NCBI GenBank assembly: GCA_001643675.2
Contig: LSRY02000057.1
Span: forward strand, 124,001 to 188,000
Direction of reading: 5' to 3'
Source of the DNA: Monocercomonoides exilis PA203
Taxonomy: Eukaryota; Protista; Preaxostyla
Length of the DNA stretch: 64,000 nt
Position 1 is the first letter of the stretch; every line of letters begins with the position of its first letter. Made by a program: the position numbers and the translations under genes. Shown here in pieces: positions 24,009-35,113 of the stretch. The notes beneath the pieces are model-generated. The model was not told the origin of the DNA. It saw only the letters and a program-made list of their open reading frames with translations, and made no database searches.

Positions 24009-27007
24009 ATGGAAAAAATAGATTCTTCTAAAGCATATATGCAAGATTTAATGAGTGCACAAGACTCAGATGATAAACGGTTTTTTATTATTTATTAATA
24101 TTTTCTTTGTTGAAATGGAAATGCGTAATAAATTTTGTTGATTTTCGGATGTTCCTTAAATTGATTTAAAGAAATGTCACAGTGGTGCACGTTCCTACTG
24201 ATGGAGGATCAGGTTTTTTGTTCTTCTTTAATATCAATTGAAAATTGTTATTCTAAAATTTTTTTTGACATTTTATAGAAACTGTGATCAAACTGCAGTT
24301 ATGTTCTGATTGTGAAGATCATCCATCATTCATTTTTTGTGAATCTTGCGGAGGTTTTCATTGATATTTCTTATTACTTCGAATTCAAATTTTTTTGCAT
24401 ATGAAAAATAAAAACGTAGATGCTTATTGCCAAGAATGTTTCCAAGCATACCACAAGCGAGGAAATAGGAAAAATCATAAGACACATCCAATTAAACAAA
24501 ATCTTCCGCCAGCACTTCAAAGAAAGTCTGAGCTGGAAGCAGATGGAGTTAATCCAGATTTACCAAATATTATGAAAAATACGTTTTCTGCTGTAACAGC
24601 ATCCATTGAGCAAAATGCCATATCATCTAAAGATATGGAACTCTCTCTTGGCATGTCCGTTCGTAAATCATGGAGAGAGCGTTGTTTGTACATTCCACTT
24701 CGACTAACACCAAATGAACAACGTGAGATGGCTTTAGTTGAATGTGCCCTGAATGTATCAGAATATACAGAGAAGATAGATATTCTTAGTGGATGGGGCA
24801 CTCAAGGAAGGAGAATGATAAAGTATCTTTCAGAATTGTTATCAATAGTAGCTGGATTGGCAGTCTCAAGAGATTATAGACAAGGAGAAATGCTCGTAAA
24901 GGGGAAAAGCTTTAAACATAATGCTGGGTTTTTCCAGCATATGTTTGAGGGTTTGTTAAATCTTAATGATTTATTTAGTTTTTTCACAAAGATTATTTTG
25001 ATGGTTAAATTCAAACGTTGTTATGAAATTTATTTCTTGACAGTTGCGAGGCGGTATAAAATAACAAACCCTGACAAAATGCGAGACGGGTATGGGAAGC
25101 TGATATATGCGCTGATGGATTCGCAGTGGAGCGATGTTTCAGCAGCGTTGGGGCTGAGCTGTGTGAAGCCGATTCAAACAGTTCGTTCGCTGATTGTAGA
25201 AAGAGACAGCGTTGCTGCTCTGAGTGACAGGAGCCACATGCTGGCGAAGATGAGGAAGAGGAAAGAAGGAAGGAGGAGATTGGGTTTTGGAGATGAAGAT
25301 GAAAGCGGAGAGAGCGATGAAAGTGAAAGTGATGGAAAGGGAGGGAAAGAAGAAGGTGCTGCAGAGTCGCGGACAATCCATTTTCTGGATGAGATACTCG
25401 ACGATCCGCTGCTTGACATAGCGACAAGGGAGATATTTGCAGACGGGAAAGAAAGGGCAGCTGTTCAGAAGGAGATTGCAGAGAAGGAGAATGCTGTTCG
25501 TTTGCTGTGTGAGAAGTACACGCGAACAGCAGAGGATGTGGAGATTTTGATGAAGCAGGTGAGAAAGAAGCCGAAGGAGCGGAAGCACAAAAAGGTGAAT
25601 AAGAAAGAGAATGAAGGTGGAATGGAAAAGGAGGAGGTGACTGTAATTGAAACGGGGAGAGTGAGGACAATTATAGAAAAAGCGGATGATGATGGGGTAA
25701 AGAGGAAAAGCAACAAAATGGATATTGAAGGAGAAGAAGATGATGATTCGGTTGAATCTGCAGATGGAAGCAGAAGTGAAAGTGAAAGTGACTCTGAGAA
25801 AAATTCAGAAGAAGATTCAGAATTCGATTCAGAAGACGAGATGAAGAGCAAAGCGAAGCAGAATCCTCTTCTTGTGATGAAGCCAGTGACAGCTGACGAT
25901 GTGCTGCTGATCATCCACTCGCTGTCAGACAACCAGTCGTTTCTCCGCTACAGCGCAATGCAGTGCCAGAAGATGCTGGACTATCTCTTTTATTACTTCT
26001 CCCCTGACAGAAAACACGAAAGCCCTGCTGAAAGAAAGCAGAAGTTGGCTGAAGAAAAGAAGAATGCAAAGAAAAAGGAGAGTGAAAACAGTTTGTTAAA
26101 AGAAAAGGAAATGAAACGAAAAAGCGGATCTGATTCAAGCAGTGAAGAATCCAGTGAAGACAAAGACAAAGAAAGTGATGATGATGATGAAGAAGAAGAA
26201 GAAGACGAGCAAGAACAAGAAGAAATGTCTTCGTTCAGTTTTCTTTCTCGCTGGAACCCCTTCAGCATGACGTCGAGGATGGGGTCTTTTCTTGGCTCTA
26301 AGCTTTCGTCGAGTGGGCCACCAGCGAACAAATGGAGTGCGAAGAACAACTTGGCCATCTCCGCAGGGCAGGGCGGGGCGCGGCTGTCGCACAACCACTT
26401 CACCCAGTTCTGCTACGTGAAGCAGACGCTGATGCTGTGGCGGGAGATTGTGCAGGACTTCTTCAAGCTGTGGTGCCTGGCAGAGGAGGATCTGCTCGAA
26501 GAAGGAAACAGATACCACCTAAGAGACACTGGGCAGGGGATGAACCGGCTGCAGAGCTGCCCTCGCATCTCGCGAGCGATGGACGGGATTCTGGGGAGAG
26601 TGCAGAGGGGGCTGAAGGAAGGATGGGTTGGCTCGTCGGCGGTGCATTTGTGTGACTCGAATGTGCCGAATGCGTTCATGTTCATCGACAAGTATACGCA
26701 GGTCTCCAGAATCCTCACGCCCATCGTGTCTGTGCTGGACAAGCTGCCTGCGATCTGCAAAGTGCCCTCCATTCGGAAGTATGTGGAGAAGGAGTTTGGC
26801 TCCATGGAGCTGTGCAGGCTGGAGATTATGCAGGACTTTTTCAGGTTCGGGTTTGACGGGTCGGGCTCAGACAACTTCTTCTCGTCTGGAAGTTGCATCG
26901 ACGGGCGGCTGACGTCTGCGTGGAACTGGTGCTCGAAAATAGAGAAAAAGAGGTTTTTCCCTGTCTTTCTGCTTTGCGGGTTTGTCGGGTTTGACGGGCA
27001 GTTTTGA
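24009..27007 (+). CDS. B-box zinc finger + DUF2009 (UPF0652 family) protein
   Basis: Exons 24009-24079, 24172-24212, 24279-24353, 24420-24950 and 25044-27007 join in phase through GT-AG introns. This gives CSDCEDHPSFIFCESCGDAYCQECFQAYHKRGNRKNH (B-box), IPLRLT..ALNVSEYTEKID, FEVARRYKITNPDKMR, GARLSHNH and GSCIDGRLTSAWNWCSKIEKK..GFDGQF. Confidence 0.85.
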
Positions 27008-27397
27008 ACAATATTGAATTTTTTTGGATCAGAAGCTGTTTGGCTTTTTTCGTTTGCAATAAACGAATGTTTATTGTTTCATCAAATATTTACAAAAAAA
27101 TAACTTATGAAATGGAACAATGATTTTGTTTGCCTTTCTGATTTTATCCAAATATCCTCTTATGTATCAAAAACTTTGTGAATCTGTTTGCATATGAACT
27201 TAAAAATGTTTAAAATGAAACAATAAGTGAATTACAACTCGAACGACTTCGAAACAAAAAATTCAAAACTTATCACAAAACGATAACAAACAGTTTCAGT
27301 AATTTTCACAAATTCTCTTCAATGAGACAATTGAATGCGAAAAGACTAAAGATAAAACTTTGGTTGCAAAATTCAAATGTTGAATAATACAGTGAAC

Positions 27398-27519
27398 AAA
27401 TAAATAAAAATAAAATAAAATGAAAATAAAAATAAAAAAAATGGAAGAGGAAGAAGAAGAAAAAGAAGAAGAAGAAAAAGAAGAAAAAGAAGAAGAAGAA
27501 GAAGAAGAAGAAGAAGAAA
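27398..27519 (+). repeat. (AAAAT)n followed by (GAA)n microsatellite in an intergenic/3'UTR region between convergent genes
   Basis: aaataaataaaaataaaataaaatgaaaataaaaataaa is followed by gaagaggaagaagaagaaaaagaagaagaa... to about 27519. Confidence 0.85.
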
Positions 27520-27626
27520 TGAAAGTGAAAGATTGAGTTATGAGAAATATTAATTCTTCTTCTTCAAAATCTTTTACGCAAGTCGAATGTGTTTCAAATT
27601 ACAGAATCAAAAAAAAGAAGGTATTC

Positions 27627-29216
27627 TCAAAGACAAAGTGAAAAGCATAAATTGCTGAATAAATCTTTGTCGCTAAGAATTGAACAATAACTATGAACAA
27701 TGTCTTCGTATCCGTTTTCCTCCAGTTTTCCAAAGATTGCCTTTCGTTTTGCAAAAAATATCTCCTTTTCATTTTGAATTCTCTTCCTCTCGCTCAATTC
27801 TCCCAATAATGTTCTGACGAACGCTTTTACTCCATTCCATTTGGAACTGCTACTTCTCGCTTTATTTCTTGCATTGAATATTTTGATGAGTTCACATAAA
27901 AAATCTGTGCAATATTTTATTTGCTCAGATTTCAAAGTCTGCTGAAGCATTTTCTCCATCATTAAATCTACAGCTCCTTCTTTCAAAAGCACGTCTAGAA
28001 GATTCCTGTTCCGCTCTAAAATTTGCTGAAAGGGGAAGAGGAAAAGCCAGCCAGCGTTTTTCCTGTTATCTCCTGCAGTTCTGCACAATCTGACGAGGCA
28101 TGCGACAAGGCTGCAGGTTGTTTCTTCGTTAAAGCTATCCATTTCGATATAATCTGTTACAAGCTTGCACCATCTTTGCATAACGCGCACCTCTTCCATT
28201 TCTCTTAGCTCACTTTCGTCTTTCTCCCAGTCGACGCATCTTTGCAACTCTTCCAATTCCTTTTCGGCTTCTTTCACGAAATTCAATTCATTCAGTACAA
28301 CTTCTTCCAATCCTCTTTCGTACTGATATCGGTTGATTAAAAAATTCCAAGCAGATTGATATGCAAGTCGTGTGAGTTTAGAGGACTGTTGATAATATTT
28401 AATGATTTCAGTAATGCTGCTCAAATACAATTCTTTATTCAATTTCTTTTTTAAAAAAAAATATTTTCAAAATTTTGTATATAAGTTTGAATAAATAAAA
28501 ATCACACATCACATGGGTTTACGTTGCTTAAAGCCAATAAAGCCATTTCCACCTCTTTCCGTGTTTCTTCACTTTCATCTTTGTTCAAAGCAACCTTAAA
28601 CAGATGTGTCAAGCAAACGTCGCACAGTCTTTCCGCGACATAATCTCTTCTCATTTTCAGAAAAAGATAGCTTTCACAAAAGTTAATCAGTAATTTCTCG
28701 TTTTCATCTTTTTGATTCCTTTCTTCGTTAAAAATTCTTGCAATAATCCAAGTCCACATTTTAGAGTAATAAAAGCTTTTCGTTGATATGTTTTTAATCA
28801 CATTTAAATATCCCATTTGCTTTAGTAATAAAACAATATTTTCAGGTTGTAATTTATTTTCTTCGAAAATACTTCTCATTTTATTGAACATGTTCATCGA
28901 GAGAATATAATTCAATTCTTTTTCATTCATCTTGTTTATCAAAGTGCTTATGGCTTCTATTTGCTGTTTTTGTATATCATATTCGCAATGATTCAAATGA
29001 TAGAAAATGTCTTTTCAAATTTTGTTTTCCGTTTAAAAACCACTTTAAAAAAATATAACAAGAGCAAACCATTAAATCTTTGTGTTAATGAAGACTGCCA
29101 CGTAAAAATATATGAGAAATAATATTAATAAAATGAATTTGAAATCATATTTTGGGAAAATATTCAAAAATTCTCGAGAAAGAATTCTTTAAAAAGAAAA
29201 CCTGAAACATATCCAT
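27627..29216 (-). CDS. Member of a lineage-expanded alpha-helical (ARM-like) hypothetical protein family
   Basis: Exons 29216-29202 (MDMFQ), 29094-29070, 29010-28508 and 28445-27627 join in phase through GT-AG introns. Motifs ETRKEVEMALLALSN, KELYLSSITEIIKYYQ..KLTRLAYQSAWNFLINR and KLEENGYEDIVHS resemble a family I recall as highly amplified in Monocercomonoides (recollection, unverified). Confidence 0.7.
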
Positions 29217-30189
29217 TTTGTTCGTTATGTATTCAATATGAAGTTAATCTTAAATATATATATTTGGATTTATATTTATATATAACTTTTTAAATTATTT
29301 CTTTAAAGATTGTAAAAAGATTGAAATTTTATTAATCCTTTTGAACAAACACACAAATAATGCATAAAGGGTTGATCAATACATTTAGGTGTTTTACAAA
29401 CCTTAATTAATCATTTGAGTTAATAATGTAATGTACGAAGTTGTTGAGAAGGTACTTGATTGTTTTATTCAACATTTTCTTTTTTTTAAGTGAAGGAGGA
29501 AGTTATGATGAAATTTTAACATGAATGTTTCGGATTTTGTATGAAAAAGTGAAGATTTCATTCACCGTTTATCTGAATGACTTTTTTTTATTCCTTTTCG
29601 CATTTCTATATATTTAATTAGCATTTTACTCATTTTTCTTTCCTTCTTTCAACACTTATGTTTTATGAAGTATTTTCATAATAATTTTTTTTAATTTAGA
29701 ATGAACTATTTTTCAAGGTTTGCCGAAGAATATTTCATTTTAAAATAAGTTTCAAATGATGTTAGTAATTTGCGTGTGAACAAAAATGTTATGATCACGA
29801 TTTTTTGTCTCTGAAAGAAGCTTTCAACTTTTGGGCATTTCAAATTTTTTGTAATTTTTAACTTTTTGTAATTGAATTTTGATGATTTTTATTTTTCATT
29901 TCTTGTGATTTTTATATCTTATTTCTGAAAACAAGAATGTTTTTACATGATATGATTTGTTTATCATTATTTTCAATAGAACAATATCTTTTTGAATATT
30001 GTGTTGGTTTTCACTTATATATATATATATATATTTGAAACAAAACAAGATAAAAGCATAAAATTTTTTTCAATGAAAAACTAAAAACTTTCAAACTGAT
30101 CAAATGATTCCTTAATTTATTAATTTCATCCTAATTGCGGAATATTAAGGCTTCACTTTTTATTTAATTAAGTCTTTTTTACTGTAATA

Positions 30190-31317
30190 ATGCCTGCTAG
30201 TAAAAAGACTCCGCAAGAACATGTTTGCCAAAATATGACCCGCAAAGTTAGAAAGTGGTTGAAACACGAACTCAAAAAGCCCGTTAGTATCCCAGAGGAT
30301 CTTACAAAAGGAGCTGTTGTCTGCGAAGCAATCAACAAATTGTGCCCAAAACTTATTGAGGAATTCGATGCAGATCCAAAGAACGTTATTGCACAAACTG
30401 CAAACTGGAAGAAAGTACTTTTTTGATTATTTTTCTTTAAATAAAATAATTTTTGTTTTAAACAATAGATTAATGCAGCACTCATCAAATGTGCAGTCGC
30501 TCCATCAGAACTTCCCAATGCTGTTAAAGCTGCAAAAGGTGAAGCAGAAAAGCATGTTCTCTTCCTCGTTTACAAATTGAGCAATCGCGCAAAAACACTT
30601 CGTGTTGCTCCTGAAAGTGTTGTGAAGAAGATTGCAAACAAGGAAGCGAGAATTCGCAAGAGATTTGAGTTAAAGAAAGAAAGAAAGACTGAAGCATTGA
30701 GAGAGAGAACAATGGGTGCAATTCGTGCTGCAAAATACAACCGCAAGTACAAGAAAGATCGCAAGAAGAGAATTATGCTTCATCGTAAGGCTGAAAAGAA
30801 AGGCAACTTCTATGTTCCGCCCGAACCCAAGCTTGCCTTTGTGATGCGTCTGCGTGGTGTGAATGGAGTACCACCAAAGCAAAGAAAGATCCTTCAACTG
30901 TTCCGTCTTCGTCAAATTCACAACGCTGTCTTCGTTCGCCTCACAAAACCAACACTCAACATGCTCAAAGTCATTGAGCCATATGTTGCCATTGGATATC
31001 CAAGTGTTAGAACCATCCGTGCTCTTCTCGTAAAGCGCGGATATGCCAAAATCAACGGACAGAGAATTCCTCTCACTTCAAACAAAGTGATTGCACGTGC
31101 ATTGGGCAGATACAAGATTAAGACATTGGACGATTTGATCTGGCAAATTGTGACAATTGGAAGACACTTTGCCAAATGCAACCGTTTCTTGTGGCCATTC
31201 AAGATGAACTCACCAAGAGGAGGATACAAGAAGAGCAAGTTGAGGCACTTTGTCGAAGGAGGAGCAGCAGGAAACAGAATGGGAATGATTAACAGGCTTA
31301 TTAGAAGATGTTTGTAA
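30190..31317 (+). CDS. RPL7: 60S ribosomal protein L7 (uL30) with an N-terminal calponin-homology-like extension (~357 aa)
   Basis: Exon 1 30190-30414, intron 30415-30468 (GTACTT..AATAG, phase 0), exon 2 30469-31317. The uL30 core reads APESVVKK, GNFYVPPEPKLAFVMRLRGVN, KILQLFRLRQIHNAVFV, KRGYAKINGQRIPLTSN, NRFLWPFKMNSPRGG, HFVEGGAAGNR. Confidence 0.93.
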
Positions 31318-31482
31318 AACAAAAGGCTCTTTTCCAATACCAAAAAATAAACATTTCACTGATCATTTTCAAGAATCTTACAATATTTTCACAACCTGGT
31401 CATGAGATCATAATAACCATAATTTTAGGCATTGAATTGTTAGTTTTTTTTAATATTTTTCTTTCAGCACACATCATCTGAA

Positions 31483-32017
31483 ATGGGACCTGGCTCGAGT
31501 AAACAAAAGCATTTTGATAAATCTGCGTATCCGTATGGGCGTTCTTCATATCGTGTTGAAGAGCTTCTGCAATCTTCTGCTTATCAAACGTGGGTTATGG
31601 AATATGAAAAAACACCTGAATATAAAACAAATCAAACTTTGCCTGAAAAATTGCCTAGAGAGGTAGAAAGAGATTTGCTTGAAAGACATTGCAGGGAGCA
31701 TATGGAGGAGCTCACCCAAGAAGTTAAAAGACACCTTTCAAGCTTTTCACAACCGGTGATTGTTAAATTTGAACTCTCAGGAAAACTTATACAATTAGAT
31801 GTTACAAGGTACCCACATAATTCTTTTTCAGATTCTTTCATCGTTCTTTTTTTTTTTTCATTTTTATTTTGAAAATTTTATGAAAAATTGTTGTGTCAAT
31901 TTGTTTGAATTTTTAAGTAATGATACATGCAAAATATTAGGTCCACCTCGCACAAAAAATCCAACAATTGTTGGAGAGTTTTCTTCTTCTGGCTTCACTC
32001 CCGCTATGTCGCAGTAA
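31483..32017 (+). CDS. Small hypothetical protein, probably two exons; 3' exon frame uncertain
   Basis: An ATG ORF with coding-like composition runs to about 31808. An AT-rich intron-like segment ends at an AG at 31940, followed by a GC-richer segment 31941-32017. More than one donor/frame combination is possible. Confidence 0.5.
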
Positions 32018-32262
32018 ATAAACAATTGAAACAATAAGCCATTTTCAAAGCAATTCACTTCAGTGTTTTTGATTTCTTGATCAGCTTTCTTCAAAGCTGT
32101 AGTTATTTTATTTTTTTTTAACTTCATTTCAAAGTTCGCTTTCCGTGATTCACTTTTTCCTTACTTCTGCTTAAAAATTCGATTTCAGTTATTATTTTCT
32201 TTTTTTGTGAAATGAAACAACAATAAAAAAGATTAAAAAGATGTGAAGTGATAACTCAAACT

Positions 32263-34883
32263 TTATACATGCTTCGAGCCTTTATTTGATTTCTTTTTTT
32301 TCATTTCATTTATGGAATGCTTTTGTTCTTTCTTTTCATTTGTCTTGCGTTTCTTTTGTGCACCTGAAACACCTTTTTCTCTATCTGAATGATTTTGATC
32401 GTTTTCAGCGTTTTTTTCATTGTTTGCAGCATCGTTTTCTTTTCCGCTCAATTTAATTTCATTGTCCAACAGAGCATCCATTTCAAGCTTAATTTGGTCT
32501 GCTCCTTCAATCTTTACATCATTGCTTTCCATTTCTTGGCCATTATCATCAATGACATCTCCTTCATCGTTCTTCCCTTCCTCTTCCTCTTCTTCCTCAT
32601 CATCATCATCATCGTCTTCTTCTTCTTCTTCCAATTTCCCCATTGCCTGCTTAAACGGAGAAATAGCATCCGCCTCGTCAAACGAGAGTGCAGTCTTGAT
32701 GTGCCGCAGATGCTGCTTCGGTATTTCCACTTCTTGTTTCACTGCTCCTTTCCCAGAAGGCGCCTGAAGCACAGAAAGCTCGGCGTCTCCTTGTTTAATC
32801 TTCACTGCCCCCGCTGCCTTGGCAGAAGAAACAGAAGCAGACGCGCTGTCTCCAGCCTGCCCAACAGCTGCCGCGCCTGCCTTTGTTTGCAGCCCTTCCT
32901 TCTCTCCTCCTTCTTCTTCTTCGCCCTCGCTTTTTTGCATGGCCGCCAGCCGCTCTTTGAAGGGAGACACAAAATACGGAATTTTGCCTCGCTGGAAGTC
33001 CGCCAGTACCACCTTCGCCACGCTGTCTATGTCAGGTTCCCCTCCTTTCAGCAGTCTCCCCATTTTCTGCGCTAATTTCTCGAGAAATTCGTTGGGAGTC
33101 GAATAATCGCTTATCTAAATGAAGGAAAATAAAAAAGGGGTTTGAGAAAGAAAAGAATTCAAATTTAAATGGAAGGAAAATTTAAAAAAAAATAAAAAGA
33201 AGCAAAAGAAAAATTTACACGAATGAACGGGGAAAAAAAATAAGAAATCAAATATAAAGCAATGAAAAAGATATTGAATAGCCAAACAAAAACAACAAAG
33301 CTTATCAAACCCCGTAGAGCGCATCGATGTACTGTTTTTTCACCTTCTCCATGACCATCGGGATGTGCGAGGAGGCGTCCTTCAGATTCTCCACACGCAC
33401 CACTCCCTTCAGCACAAGCTGTGTGTCATCATCACTGGAGTCCGGGGGTACAATTCCAGGGCAGTCGATGAGGAAGATGCCGTTGGTGAGGGCAACATAC
33501 TGCCACACTTTCGTCTCCCCGGGGATGGGCGCCACGCGACACACCGCCTTTTTCCGCAGCGTGTTGATCACAGACGACTTGCCCACGTTTGGATAGCCAA
33601 TCAGCCCCACAGAAATGTGCTTTTTGTCTGAGTGCAGCAGGCGAAACTCGGAAAGAAGCTTGAAAAGGGCGTCTTTGCCAAACGGCTTGTTGATGTTCGC
33701 GTGGAAGGCAAGCGTGGGGAAATCCTTCGACAGAAGGAACAGATAAGAACGCTGAATTGGCAAAGAAGCAAGACATATGAAAGATTAAAATAAGCAAACA
33801 AACAAATTAATAAATAATGAATATTTAACTTATTGATGATCAACGTTCACAGATATAAGCATACAACTGCCCAAGTTGGCACCAAATCGCATTTGTTGAT
33901 GATGAAAAAGAGATGCTTGTGGGGGCAGTTCTCTTTTATGTACTTCTCAACGTGCTTTGCTCGTGTGCCAAATGGATCGCGCGCATCTAACACAACAGCC
34001 ACAACATCCGAGGCATCGATAACCTTGTACAATTCTCCCCAGATTCGTTTAGATTGGCCTTTGTCAAACATGGAATGTCTCACAGCATCTTTGAACTCCA
34101 TCTCTCGAATGATGTTTGAGTCTTCTTCAGGATCATATTTTTCTAATAAAAATGGAAAAAAAAGTTAGCTTTAACTGAAAAAATAGGATGAAATTATTAT
34201 TTTCGTTCAAACCTTGTTTCGTCATTGCACTTTTAACAAACAAACTGATTGAATCATCTTCATCTGCTGAAGATTGAAGATCTTTCTTTGGTACACTCAT
34301 AAATGGAAGTTCACTTTCTTCTTCAGCAGATTTATCTTGTTCGTTAAGTGTAAATGAAAGTTTTGGTCGTTTACGTTGTGCTTTTGGACCAAAAGTATTC
34401 TCAAATGAATCTGCAGACAAAAGATGCATTCGTCTAGTCTTTAAGCAATATGAGAACAATAAAAAAATAAATTATTCCAAACTTTTCCGGGTTGTATAAG
34501 GCTCATTGGAAATTTTGGTGTTGACAACACAACTGACAGAGGGTTGTTTTTAGCTTCTTCATAATCTTTTCTCACTTTTTGTAAAACAGCTTGAGGAGCA
34601 AAACGAGAACCACCGAATAAAGTTTTATCAGGAGGGAGACGAGCTTTGGGTCCGCATGCTGGTTTCGAATCCTGAAAGTGAAAATTTGATGATTTCAAAT
34701 TTCCTCGTTTTCCACGTTCTAATTTTATTAAATAATGAAAATTTAACAATATTTATTTATTGACAAAAATAGACGCTAACTTGGCCTTTCTCTGTACATC
34801 TTTACTCTTTTTATTGTTGATTGAGAGCGTGCATGTCCAATATGCTGGGGAGCACGACGATCTGCCTTGTCTGAACTGCTCAT
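32263..34883 (-). CDS. NOG2: Nucleolar GTP-binding protein 2 (circularly permuted GTPase, pre-60S maturation)
   Basis: Six exons; introns at 34780-34719, 34482-34439, 34212-34143, 33864-33752 and 33310-33115. Motifs [88 protein letters not shown] and [10 protein letters not shown]. Confidence 0.95.
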
Positions 34884-35113
34884 GAAGGCAAATAAATATT
34901 TAAATATATGAAGTAAAGTTTATTTTGATCTGAAAATTTGAGACCGACTGAATCTGTTGTAAAACATCACAAAATACTTTTGACAATCATTTTCAACTTT
35001 CTATTTGCTATTTTGAAGAAACCCAAATCCAAATCACACAAGCCATAATAATTTATGATTCAAACAAAAATATTACGTTAATTTTTTGATCCATTAAGAA
35101 ACATATTCTCAGC
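34884..35113. promoter_or_regulatory. Compact bidirectional promoter region NOG2/RAB7
   Basis: 230 bp between divergent ATGs, with TTTGATC at 34924-34930 and 35085-35091. Confidence 0.6.

Noticed and set aside
28996-29030. Apparent frameshift at the start of the helical-family gene
   Set aside because: It is resolved by a GT-AG intron at 29069-29011 and two upstream micro-exons.
30577-30579. TTG start for a normal-length RPL7
   Set aside because: This is a eukaryotic gene. The frame is open upstream to a splice acceptor at 30468 that joins an ATG-initiated exon in phase.
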